This document shows, piece after piece, positions 17,165 through 27,104 of a stretch of 32,536 nt of DNA. The notes below the pieces were generated by a model. It was not told the DNA's origin, searched no databases, and worked only from the letters and a program-made list of their open reading frames with translations. How positions within the stretch are numbered: the first letter of the stretch is position 1; each line of letters begins with the position of its first letter. Both the position numbers and the translations under genes were made by a program. This DNA is from a virus (taxonomy: Duplodnaviria; Caudoviricetes), in the IMG/VR virus record IMGVR_UViG_3300020403_000048, positions 1 to 32,536 of that record, one strand, 5' to 3'.

Positions 17165-20100
17165 TGCCAAAAGTTAGAAGATCAAAACCTAAAGTTTATG
17201 CTGATAATTCGATTGCGGCAACAGGAACACTAATTTTTAGCACTTTAACACAACAAACATGGTTTGGTGCAGGAGGTTATTCGTTTGTACTTGAAGATGG
17301 CAAAGGTACAAGAGTTAGATTTGTTTATTGGCACAGATTAGCACAAAACAATAACCCCTCAAGTGCAGGTTACTTTTCAGCAGACGATGACTTGCAACCT
17401 AGATATTTAAATAACGACATAAATCAGCCTTATACAGAATGGCAAGAAGAAAACTTTTTCGGGTATGGTTTTGAGTCACCTGGAAGTAATGTTAAATTTG
17501 AGTACTATCAGACAGGTGCGCCAGTACATATATATGACGGAATAGAAAACTTATCAAGTTCAGACTCAGCTACAGTTGTTAGTGCTGTCGAACAATTAGT
17601 AGATAACACAGTTAGAGCAATAAATTATATTAATGAATTAGACATTACAGCTGTTAAACTAACGCCATCCTCAATACAGTTAACGCAAGATATAAAAGGT
17701 GAAGCTGGTAATACTGCTATTTTTAGAGGCTTTGATACTGGTGTAAACACTGAAGGTGATTTTTACGGCATTTTAACTGATGAGATTCAAACTATAAATT
17801 TTGAAGGTGGCGTTACTATATTAAGTTTAGAGTATCACGAAAAATCAGGAAACTTATCAAATGCTGTTAAAAAGTCACTTGATGAAAAGTCTTTTGAAAT
17901 AGGAACACTTCCTATAAATCAATATTTGACAGGCAAAAAACTAAATAATATTGATTTTGCATTTGATGATTCAACTGTTTTTGAATTTACACAACAAAAA
18001 ATAAATCCTAGACTAGGAATTCCTTATTATCCTTTAAACTCTACATTTCCAAATAGAGAAGTTGTAATTAACGATGGTGTAATTGTTCAAAATAAGTCGT
18101 TTTGGAGTGGAACTGAGTGGGACGATCAGTTTACACATTTTAATACCAGTCAATATCCTCAAAGAAAAATTAGTAATACATCAATATTTTCATATCCAAA
18201 CAAATTTAGTGACTTTGTATCCGGTACAGAAATGCTATCTTCTTTAAAAGATAGCGAGCTTAAAAGCAAAAACTTAGATATATTTTTAGAAAAACAAAAT
18301 ATATACGAAGATTATGAGCCTTATAGCGAAGTAGATAAAATAATCGAATTTAACGACAGCAGCTGGCAAAATACAAATATAAATAACAACTCGTATCATA
18401 TTAAAAACAGCAAACAGATTAAATTGGATATTGACTTTAGTCAAAGTGCTAACGCATTGTTAATTGATACAGCAAACACAAAAGTTGAGGATAACTACTT
18501 AGAGTTAGATAATCAAACTGTAACTAGATACTCACAAAATACTGCTTATTGGAACTTTAGCAATAATAGATGGGAGTATTTAAATGTTCTTGAAAAATAC
18601 CCGGGAGATAGTGGCTTTTATAACACTGGAAATTATGTTAACATATTACCAATTCCTTCTGAGTACAGTATAAGTGCATTGACTAATTTTGGTGTACAGT
18701 TTAATATAAATGATTACATAACTGATCATAGTAATATTAGGAATTACGTAACTTCTCCTTCTTTTAGAGGAATTAATTATGGTAGAAATTCAAATAATGC
18801 ATCAAACTTAATGCAGACTTCCAACTCGTGTGGATTTCCTAATGCATACAAATGGAATCCAAGCAACAATCAATTACTAAAAATGTCTGATTACATAACG
18901 TCAGACTTTATGTTAGAAAAGCTAGTAATTAAATTTAAAGCAAAGTCATCTTTAAAAGTAAACCCAGACTCAATGGCAGGTGTAAAAGGCTACGACGAAA
19001 GTAGTGTCTATCACGGTCTAAGTTTTTTCTTTCTTAGAAACAACAAAGATTTTAAAGGAAAAAACAATACTAAAATTAACGATATTAACTATTTTTTAGA
19101 AGCTGATAGTGATAGATTGTTGGGTATCGATGCGTTTTATCCACAACAAGTTACAAATTTATTTTCAGTTGATACTTTAAGTACAGCTTATAGACCTACA
19201 CCATACTTTCCTGGTCATCAAAGTAGTAATTGGAAAGTATATCAGCTAGCCACAAAAACTTCTGAGTATAGTCTTCCTTTAACAATAGTTCAATTTGATT
19301 CTTTAGGTAACAATTCTGCAGTATATGGTTGGGAAGGTAAAACAACTAATCAAATTGATTTTCTCGGAAACAAACAGAGTAAGTTTTATTATATAAATAG
19401 TGGTTTATTAGATGAAAACGGTGTCGAAAACCAAGACATGCAGATTAAATTAACAGATAGTCCAGCAAGATATACAAGTAGTGACTATGATAATGTCTAT
19501 AGCATTAATCCTATTTCTAATGTTTCTTCAAGCGAGTTTTCGTACAGAGATATTGTTACTTTGTCAAATGTAATGTTTGTTGGTGACAATTTAATACCTG
19601 AAGAGCTTGAAATTATTGAAAATGACTTGAATATTGACAAGATTATAGAAAGATCTAGTCAATCACAAGACATTACACTTGAACTCGACTTAAAAAGATC
19701 TGAAAATGAATTTTATAACTCAGAGTCTTTTTATTTTGACATAAACGACAGCAGCAATACATCTATTCTTGAAGGAAAATGTGAAAAACAAATCAGCTCA
19801 AGAATTTTTAATTCTAAAAACATATCAAATAATATAACTAGTCAATATAAAAATGATGTCAATCAAATAATATTTGATGAAAATCAAAAAAGCAAAATAA
19901 ATACTTACAATTATCTTTTGAAACCTGATGATGAACTAATATTTGGCGTTAGCAGTTATGGTAATGGTAACCTTATTTCAACAATGGTAGAACTATACGA
20001 CAATATTGAAATTACATTTATTGGCAAAGAAGTTCATGACATAAAAAATACAGACTTTTCAAAGTCTATTAGGAAAGTTATAACACCTAGCATTGAAACA

Positions 20101-22914
20101 TCAACAAACGATGATGCTTATACAAATTTAAAAGAAAACAATCTCCAGAAAACATTTTTTAAAGGTTTTAAAGAAAAAGTATTGAGTCAAAATGTTAATG
20201 CTAAAAACTTTATATTTGATTCTAATATGCCAAACCTTATTGATTATTTGTCTTTATTAGGTAAAACCTTTAATAATTTTTTTATAGATCCTTCAGATTC
20301 AACATTTTTAAGAGGCAACTTAATTTTATCAAACAGATTTTCAAAAAATTCTTTATCGAATGATCTTACAGCTAACACTATAGCAAAAAATTTGTTTTAT
20401 GATGATGTATATGGTGATTATGTTTTTGAAAAATTTAAAGAAGGTTCACCTAAAAGATCAGATTTTATGAATCACAGACTTTTATCTACAAAGTTAGTAA
20501 ACTCACTCAACAACAATGTTTCTTTTACAAATATACTTGACACTTTTGGTAATTTAATAAATTATGAAATTAGCGAAGTAAGAAAATTTAAGTACTCTAT
20601 TAGATATTTTGAAGAAGAAGGTCACCCAGACGAACCAGACTATTTTAATGTCTTTGAAACGCCAGGACTTGGCATAAATATATTGGACCGCGCGGGTGGA
20701 TCATATTTAAGATATTATTCACTACCAGCGCCTAATGCTGTTAATTCATCAAAGGCAGCAAGTTATTTAAGCCCCAGGACGATTGGAGGGGATGGTATTA
20801 CTTATGGATTCATGCCTAGCGACTTTAATTATAAAATTAAACATAATGTGCTAGAAGACAATGCAAAGGAAGCACAGATTTCAATTCAAAGAAGTCTGAT
20901 AGGATTTAATTATTATCTAGTTATGCATAATACTGGCGATGTGACAGAGTTAATAGAAGATCTCAAAAATTTAAATAATTTTGCTTTGCATGAGGTAACA
21001 AATAGTCAATCTGCTACTAATGATTTAACATATGATTTAGAAGGTACTTTTTCTCGGCATAGTTTTCCTTTGACTTTAAGATCTTTTTCTGCTTATGTTT
21101 CTGATAATGATATTGATTATGATGAAAATATATCTTTTACAAAAGAGTTTACTTATTTTAAAAATACAGATGGAGAAGAATTTTTAATTACAAAACTTGA
21201 TTTTTTTGAAATGAAAGATTATGTTGCAGACTACTACGTTGAGAATATTATAGATGTAACATCTACTATTAATGGAAGAAAGTACGAAATATATATACCA
21301 GGAGATACAGATTTTACGGAAATAGGTTCGCCAGACAATGCAGTACTTACAGAATTTATTGCCACAGGAGCAGGAACAGGTAGCGGTCAAGTAATTGACA
21401 GAACGACAGATAGATCTCTTGTTAAGGAAAAATATTATACTAGCGACCTTAATGAAAATAGCTTTATAACACGATTAGTAACTGAAATTATTGAATTTGC
21501 TGATAATTTTACGACTGTTGGCGCTGCGTTTTATGCTAATTACCCAGCAGACTACTTTGATAACTTAACTGACTTTACTGAGTATTATAATTATGGGCAG
21601 CAGCATAGAAACTCACCAATATTTTCAGGAATAAAACAAGAAGGAAGCAACATTGTTAACGGAAGCGCGCCCACACAAAACTCAAGTGACAATAATTATT
21701 ATGAAAATATTATTGTTGGATTGACATCTAATTTTTCAGTCAAGTTTTATGAAACAGAGTACGAACTAAGAATAAAAGAAAGTACCCCAATATATAAAAA
21801 TCAGTTTGATGATCCGTCAAAAAGACAATTTTCAAACTTAGATTCAAGAATTAAAAATTATTATCATCACTTTATTGATAAGAAAATACTTCAAAATGAC
21901 TTTGATGAAAGAGAGAATGTTTACGCAGACCTTAATAGTCATTCTGATAGGTCATCTTCTTTAATAAATCATGAATTTATATATTCTTCGCCTGGATATT
22001 ATGTAAAAAGCAGAAACGACAGCGTTTTGCAAGCAACAAAAACGCCATATACATTTATTTTTAAAATTATATCTAATCTTCACAATGGTATAAACTTTAG
22101 CTACATGAAAATATTAAGCATAATTGATGAAAAAAGCTTTAATTCAAATTTTAAACCTACATATGAAAATACAACAATTATTCTACCTAGATCTGGTTAT
22201 TTAAGAATATATGAACCCAATATATTAAAAAGCTTTTTAGATAATTTTACGGTTTTAGAAAGTATGGTTCCTTTTTATGAAATAGATTTGTCTGATTTAT
22301 ATATTCCTGGTAGTGTAGACTACACTGAAGATCTTAACTGGTTATACGGTGGCGGTCTCCGTAACCATGCAAGAAAATTTATAATTAATTCTTCAAACCG
22401 ATTTAATTGGAGTAATCCAAATCAGTATCAGAACTTAGATAGAGAAGACGAAAACGATCGAGATCCAAAAATATACGCACCGTGGGGAGAAGAAAGTATA
22501 AAAGATAAAAACATAAATGATCTTGTTTATGTATACGGTGACAATTACAATAATTTTCCTTTTAGAGGAAAAAAAGGATATATTTACGGAGTTCAAGCAA
22601 GTACTAGCTTAGAAGAATCAACTTATTTTGAAACTTATAGATACGGACAATTTAGTGATCATATAAAATATACACAAAATCATGTTACTTTAGAGTCAAA
22701 TGTTAGGTCTTTAAATGTAAAATACACTATTGAAAAGAAGTTTTATAACTCATATTACCAGGCTGCTGATGAAAGTGAAACTTTAAATATCACACAGAGC
22801 TTTAATAAAAATTTGTATGCACAAAGTAATTTTCCATATATAGAAAATAAGGATAATCAATTGTCACAGTTAAACGAAAACAATGTAAATTACGATGCAG
22901 AATATGTGTTTTAA
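17164..22914 (+). CDS. Very large (1916 aa) hypothetical protein, probably virion structural and mosaic
   Basis: Uninterrupted 5.7-kb ORF with TAATG overlap. N-terminal 'AATGTLIF...LTQDIKGEAGNTAI...NFEGG' domain, plus an internal module shared with the 10133 ORF. Confidence 0.75.
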   Translation: MPKVRRSKPKVYADNSIAATGTLIFSTLTQQTWFGAGGYSFVLEDGKGTRVRFVYWHRLAQNNNPSSAGYFSADDDLQPRYLNNDINQPYTEWQEENFFGYGFESPGSNVKFEYYQTGAPVHIYDGIENLSSSDSATVVSAVEQLVDNTVRAINYINELDITAVKLTPSSIQLTQDIKGEAGNTAIFRGFDTGVNTEGDFYGILTDEIQTINFEGGVTILSLEYHEKSGNLSNAVKKSLDEKSFEIGTLPINQYLTGKKLNNIDFAFDDSTVFEFTQQKINPRLGIPYYPLNSTFPNREVVINDGVIVQNKSFWSGTEWDDQFTHFNTSQYPQRKISNTSIFSYPNKFSDFVSGTEMLSSLKDSELKSKNLDIFLEKQNIYEDYEPYSEVDKIIEFNDSSWQNTNINNNSYHIKNSKQIKLDIDFSQSANALLIDTANTKVEDNYLELDNQTVTRYSQNTAYWNFSNNRWEYLNVLEKYPGDSGFYNTGNYVNILPIPSEYSISALTNFGVQFNINDYITDHSNIRNYVTSPSFRGINYGRNSNNASNLMQTSNSCGFPNAYKWNPSNNQLLKMSDYITSDFMLEKLVIKFKAKSSLKVNPDSMAGVKGYDESSVYHGLSFFFLRNNKDFKGKNNTKINDINYFLEADSDRLLGIDAFYPQQVTNLFSVDTLSTAYRPTPYFPGHQSSNWKVYQLATKTSEYSLPLTIVQFDSLGNNSAVYGWEGKTTNQIDFLGNKQSKFYYINSGLLDENGVENQDMQIKLTDSPARYTSSDYDNVYSINPISNVSSSEFSYRDIVTLSNVMFVGDNLIPEELEIIENDLNIDKIIERSSQSQDITLELDLKRSENEFYNSESFYFDINDSSNTSILEGKCEKQISSRIFNSKNISNNITSQYKNDVNQIIFDENQKSKINTYNYLLKPDDELIFGVSSYGNGNLISTMVELYDNIEITFIGKEVHDIKNTDFSKSIRKVITPSIETSTNDDAYTNLKENNLQKTFFKGFKEKVLSQNVNAKNFIFDSNMPNLIDYLSLLGKTFNNFFIDPSDSTFLRGNLILSNRFSKNSLSNDLTANTIAKNLFYDDVYGDYVFEKFKEGSPKRSDFMNHRLLSTKLVNSLNNNVSFTNILDTFGNLINYEISEVRKFKYSIRYFEEEGHPDEPDYFNVFETPGLGINILDRAGGSYLRYYSLPAPNAVNSSKAASYLSPRTIGGDGITYGFMPSDFNYKIKHNVLEDNAKEAQISIQRSLIGFNYYLVMHNTGDVTELIEDLKNLNNFALHEVTNSQSATNDLTYDLEGTFSRHSFPLTLRSFSAYVSDNDIDYDENISFTKEFTYFKNTDGEEFLITKLDFFEMKDYVADYYVENIIDVTSTINGRKYEIYIPGDTDFTEIGSPDNAVLTEFIATGAGTGSGQVIDRTTDRSLVKEKYYTSDLNENSFITRLVTEIIEFADNFTTVGAAFYANYPADYFDNLTDFTEYYNYGQQHRNSPIFSGIKQEGSNIVNGSAPTQNSSDNNYYENIIVGLTSNFSVKFYETEYELRIKESTPIYKNQFDDPSKRQFSNLDSRIKNYYHHFIDKKILQNDFDERENVYADLNSHSDRSSSLINHEFIYSSPGYYVKSRNDSVLQATKTPYTFIFKIISNLHNGINFSYMKILSIIDEKSFNSNFKPTYENTTIILPRSGYLRIYEPNILKSFLDNFTVLESMVPFYEIDLSDLYIPGSVDYTEDLNWLYGGGLRNHARKFIINSSNRFNWSNPNQYQNLDREDENDRDPKIYAPWGEESIKDKNINDLVYVYGDNYNNFPFRGKKGYIYGVQASTSLEESTYFETYRYGQFSDHIKYTQNHVTLESNVRSLNVKYTIEKKFYNSYYQAADESETLNITQSFNKNLYAQSNFPYIENKDNQLSQLNENNVNYDAEYVF
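21256..21393 (+). repeat. Dispersed protein module, copy 2
   Basis: GRKYEIYIPGDTDFTEIGSPDNAVLTEFIATGAGTGSG aligns with GQEYKITATGNTVFTDIGSANNDVGTKFIATGPGAGNG. Confidence 0.85.
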
Positions 22915-22939
22915 TATTTATTTTATAAAGGAAGTGTAA

Positions 22940-24016
22940 ATGTCTGGAATTTTAGATCGAAAAACATCTTTACTTGATTATAAAATAACTGAAGATGGTC
23001 GTAAGCAAATTGCAAACGGTGACATTAGAATTGAATATGCGAGCTTAAGTGATAGTTCGATTTTGTACGAAAAAGATTTTGAGAAGTCATATGCAAATAG
23101 ATCAGAAGTAGTAAAATCTGACGGGTTTATTTTGTTTGAGGTAGATACAAAAACGTTATCAAGCATAAACAACGAATTTGACCTAGATAGTTCTTTTTCT
23201 TACTCAGATAGTAATATATTAGAAAGAGAAACAAATTTAACAGAAGATGATTCTATAACATTTAAGAGTGCTTCTGACTTGTTTGTCCAAGAAAATTGCA
23301 TTGGAACTAGCTTAAAAAACTTAAAAATTATTGGAAATAAAAATTACGTACAGGGCTCAGGACTAGATTTTGTTGAAAGAAGTTACGAAAGTTCTGATTT
23401 TGAGTTTTACAATAATGATTTTGTTAAAAACTACTTAACAATTAAAAGTCCTTCTGTAACTCATGACAAAATTAAAACAATAGTAAAAGATAAAAGATTT
23501 AGGCATAAAACAAACTTTAAAAAACTAATTCCTTTAAATGAAAATAAAAACCCGATTTATGAAGATAATAGTACAGATGACAAAAACACTATTGATCATA
23601 TATTTAAAAATTCTAAAATTGTTGATTATACCAAGATTAAAAACAAAAATGACTTAATAAATGAAGCTTTAAAGAGTTTAGATATAAAAGAAAACATGGT
23701 TTTAAAAAAAGAGTATATTATTAAAGACAAATCTGACTTTGACAGTTTTATATTTAATATGTACGAAACTAACGAAAGTAGTGACAAAATTGAAAAACTT
23801 TCAATTATTGATTTAGGTAAATATTTTAATGAGAATAATACTTCAAAACAAGTTTTTCTTATAGGAAAGCTAATAAATACACGTTCTGAAGGTGGTGATT
23901 TAGATAGTATTTATAATTTTGATAACGGTGTTATACAAAAAAATACTTCAAACAAAAACTTTGCAGTTTCTGCTTATTATTCTTTTGTTTGCATGTTTAC
24001 TGTTGTTGTAGAGTGA
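22940..24016 (+). CDS. Hypothetical protein, possibly baseplate/fibre-attachment subunit
   Basis: RBS-like AAGGAAG just upstream. N-terminus 'MSGILD...LDYKITEDGRKQIANGDIRIEYASLSDSSILY' resembles the T-x-x-G-R-x-x-(L/I)-A-x-G start of phage tail-collar/fibre-attachment proteins. Confidence 0.65.
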   Translation: MSGILDRKTSLLDYKITEDGRKQIANGDIRIEYASLSDSSILYEKDFEKSYANRSEVVKSDGFILFEVDTKTLSSINNEFDLDSSFSYSDSNILERETNLTEDDSITFKSASDLFVQENCIGTSLKNLKIIGNKNYVQGSGLDFVERSYESSDFEFYNNDFVKNYLTIKSPSVTHDKIKTIVKDKRFRHKTNFKKLIPLNENKNPIYEDNSTDDKNTIDHIFKNSKIVDYTKIKNKNDLINEALKSLDIKENMVLKKEYIIKDKSDFDSFIFNMYETNESSDKIEKLSIIDLGKYFNENNTSKQVFLIGKLINTRSEGGDLDSIYNFDNGVIQKNTSNKNFAVSAYYSFVCMFTVVVE

Positions 24017-24022
24017 TATAAA

Positions 24023-27000
24023 ATGTTTAAAAAAGAAATTATAAAGAGTGTATTGTTAGAAGGTTCAACACAAGTTTCTGCTGTTTTACCAAAAAGAGAT
24101 GTACAAAATAGTAGAGATTTGTTTTCATTCTTTTTTCCTGTAGTCTTAAATAGTGCTGTATTTTTGGACAACAAAACTTTTGACAAATTTCAGGTCGTAC
24201 TTTACAATCAAGAGACTTTTGCTGAAGAGTTTGATAGTAAAATTTCAACTTCGACTGCTGACTTTAAAAGTTTTAGTCAAACTAATATCAGTGACTCTTT
24301 AACAAATTTTCAAAAAAATGTAAGCAATAATTTTTATTTTGACAAAAACATAGTCACAAACTCTTACGATATAAATTTTGACCATGACTTAGTAGAAAGA
24401 ATTAATGACCAAAAAATATATAAAATAGCTTTTTCTAATACACAGTCAAAAGAAATGCTTAACGGTAATTTTAAATGTTTTAGAATTTTCTGCATTAAAA
24501 ATAACAGTATTGTTTACGATACAGATATTATAATGTTTTCTAGCGTTAACTTTTTAAGCGAAGTTTTTGAAAATAGAAAAATTTATGACTTTAGCTACTT
24601 TGTAGATCTTTTTTATTTTAAAGACTTTGAAGAAAGTTTATCTTTAGTATTTCCTATACGTAATATTTTAGATCAAAGAGTTTCAATACAGATAACTACA
24701 AGTAGTCAAGTTGATTTAAATATAGCTTCAGGTTCAGTAAACTTTAACTTGCAATATGTTGGAAAAAATGCTAGCAAAGTATTGACTACTAATATTTCTT
24801 TAGAAGACTTATCATCAAGAATTATTTTAGACAATTCTGACGGTTTCTTTGAAGAAATGGCAAGTGACTATATGGCTGATAGGAAGATTTTTAGGTTTAA
24901 TTTAAACTGTACAATAAATTTTGACGATCAAAGCTTAAATAAAAACTATAATAAAACTTTTAATTTTAGAAAAAACAGTAATTTTATAAATAGCTGCGTA
25001 AAAAGTATTGCAAGCTCTTTTAATCAAAGATCATTTAATAGTCTAAATCTTACTGTAGAGCAAAAGCTATTGAGCGAGTCAGCAAACTTTTTTTTAGCAG
25101 CAAATAGCAATTCATTTTCCAGTAATATTCTTAAAAACTTTTACATAAGCAATGTTTTTCAAAACGACATTTCTATTATTGATAATCTATACACAGATGA
25201 TAGTTTAAATTTAAATTCTTACATAAGCCTTTATAGAAAAACGCTGTTTGATATTTTTGATATTGAATCAAATTCTTTAAGGCTGTATTTTAGAAATGAT
25301 CAAAGAAAAATATTTTCAACAATAACATTAGAAATTAAAAGTAAACTTTCTGAAGATTTTGTTAAGTTAGTTAAATCAGATACATCTTTAAATAGACAAA
25401 GTATATCAAACGTCTATAGTGATATAAACAAAATAGTCCAAAGAAACATCCTTATTGATGATAGAGAGCCTGAGCTGTTAAACGTAAACGATGATACTGT
25501 TATTAATAAATACAATTCTATGCAAATTATTAACTTAGAAAGTTTAAATAACGTTGCGTATAATTTAGGATATTTAAAGTCTGGTGAAATTCTTGATGGT
25601 GAATTTAGTAATGTTAGAGGAGATATTAAAGACTTTTTGTCATCGAGCGTTTTTAAAATTCAAGTTGAAGAAAGAATAGATGGTATTAATGACACAGAAT
25701 TTAAGTTCAAAGATTATTTTTACGGTGAAGAAATACTGAATATTCAAGATTTAGATGAAAATAGCAATAAAGTATTTTTTAATAACGAAATATTAAACAA
25801 GATAAACTTTAAGTTTTCTCAGTTAATAAAAAGCTTAAGTCCAAACAATAGAACACTTACAACAATAAAGTCAATTTTAAATCAAAGCCTTGAAGAAAGA
25901 AAAAACAATATAGTTTTTGTCAAGAATTTTATTGAAAATACAAATATTTCAATTGTTAAAACGATTAAAATTTCAATAATACCAATTCCTAAATTAATTA
26001 AACAATTTCAAGGTTATGGAATAGATAGCAATAATAACATTATTTTTGGTGATTTTACAAACGAAGACACACAAAAAAATGTTAACATACAATTTTTAAA
26101 TATGTTTTATGATAGTAATAGCTCGTTAAACTGGAATACATTCAATAGATTTAAAAGTACATATTTTTTTAACAGCGAAAATAGCGGAGATGTAAATCTT
26201 GTAATTGAAAAATCAAAAATTAATAATATCACTGCATCATTTGCTAGAACATTTTACCCGCTGTGGCGATATTTAAGTTCTGATTTGTACATACAAAAAA
26301 ATGAAATATTTAATAGTGTCAATGTAATTAGTAAAAATAGTTTTGTAGAATCTGTTCCAGAAATTGAAAATAATTACGACAATTTTTCAGAAAATATTAA
26401 AAATTATCACTTTCAAGACTTTCAAGAAGAATATTTTAATTTTAGCAATACAAGCAATCTTATTTCTATAAAAGATGTCGGCTTGTCTTACGCAATAAGT
26501 GATTTTAGAGATAATAATGTTAATGAGCCACAAACTATTAAGTTTATAAAAAACTCTAGTTTAAATAATTTAACTTTTGTTTTTGACATAACACCATTAA
26601 AAATAAGACATTCAATTTCAGAAATAGAAGACGCTGAAATATTTATGAAGTATGCTATTCACCCTTTAGTGATACAAGCAAACGACCTAGACTTTACTAA
26701 TACCGGTTATTATTTTACTTCTATTGGGGATAGTGATATTTGTATTACACAAAATAGTACATATATGAGTAGAATTAACAAAAAATTCTTTAAAGGATTT
26801 AATATCCCACTTAATAAAAGTAGTATGCAAGTAGAATCACAAAGCAACAAAATAATCTTGAAATCTTTTGTCGACAATGAAAATGACTTAATAAACACGT
26901 CTACTTTTAGAGATATGTTTGACTTCTGCACTCAAAATGATTGCACAACATTAAAAGACTTTTACGTAAGATTTTCAATTTCAATGAAAATAAATGAAGA

Positions 27001-27094
27001 TTATTATTGCTTCAACTTGCATAATATAATACCACGAATTAACTTGCAAAACTCTGAAGTTAGAATAAATAACATTAGAAACATTACAATTTAA
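24023..27094 (+). CDS. Large Asn/Ile/Phe-rich hypothetical protein (1023 aa)
   Basis: 3-kb open frame in very AT-rich DNA, abutting both neighbours. No motif recognised. Confidence 0.75.
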   Translation: MFKKEIIKSVLLEGSTQVSAVLPKRDVQNSRDLFSFFFPVVLNSAVFLDNKTFDKFQVVLYNQETFAEEFDSKISTSTADFKSFSQTNISDSLTNFQKNVSNNFYFDKNIVTNSYDINFDHDLVERINDQKIYKIAFSNTQSKEMLNGNFKCFRIFCIKNNSIVYDTDIIMFSSVNFLSEVFENRKIYDFSYFVDLFYFKDFEESLSLVFPIRNILDQRVSIQITTSSQVDLNIASGSVNFNLQYVGKNASKVLTTNISLEDLSSRIILDNSDGFFEEMASDYMADRKIFRFNLNCTINFDDQSLNKNYNKTFNFRKNSNFINSCVKSIASSFNQRSFNSLNLTVEQKLLSESANFFLAANSNSFSSNILKNFYISNVFQNDISIIDNLYTDDSLNLNSYISLYRKTLFDIFDIESNSLRLYFRNDQRKIFSTITLEIKSKLSEDFVKLVKSDTSLNRQSISNVYSDINKIVQRNILIDDREPELLNVNDDTVINKYNSMQIINLESLNNVAYNLGYLKSGEILDGEFSNVRGDIKDFLSSSVFKIQVEERIDGINDTEFKFKDYFYGEEILNIQDLDENSNKVFFNNEILNKINFKFSQLIKSLSPNNRTLTTIKSILNQSLEERKNNIVFVKNFIENTNISIVKTIKISIIPIPKLIKQFQGYGIDSNNNIIFGDFTNEDTQKNVNIQFLNMFYDSNSSLNWNTFNRFKSTYFFNSENSGDVNLVIEKSKINNITASFARTFYPLWRYLSSDLYIQKNEIFNSVNVISKNSFVESVPEIENNYDNFSENIKNYHFQDFQEEYFNFSNTSNLISIKDVGLSYAISDFRDNNVNEPQTIKFIKNSSLNNLTFVFDITPLKIRHSISEIEDAEIFMKYAIHPLVIQANDLDFTNTGYYFTSIGDSDICITQNSTYMSRINKKFFKGFNIPLNKSSMQVESQSNKIILKSFVDNENDLINTSTFRDMFDFCTQNDCTTLKDFYVRFSISMKINEDYYCFNLHNIIPRINLQNSEVRINNIRNITI

Positions 27095-27104
27095 AGGTGA
27101 CTTT

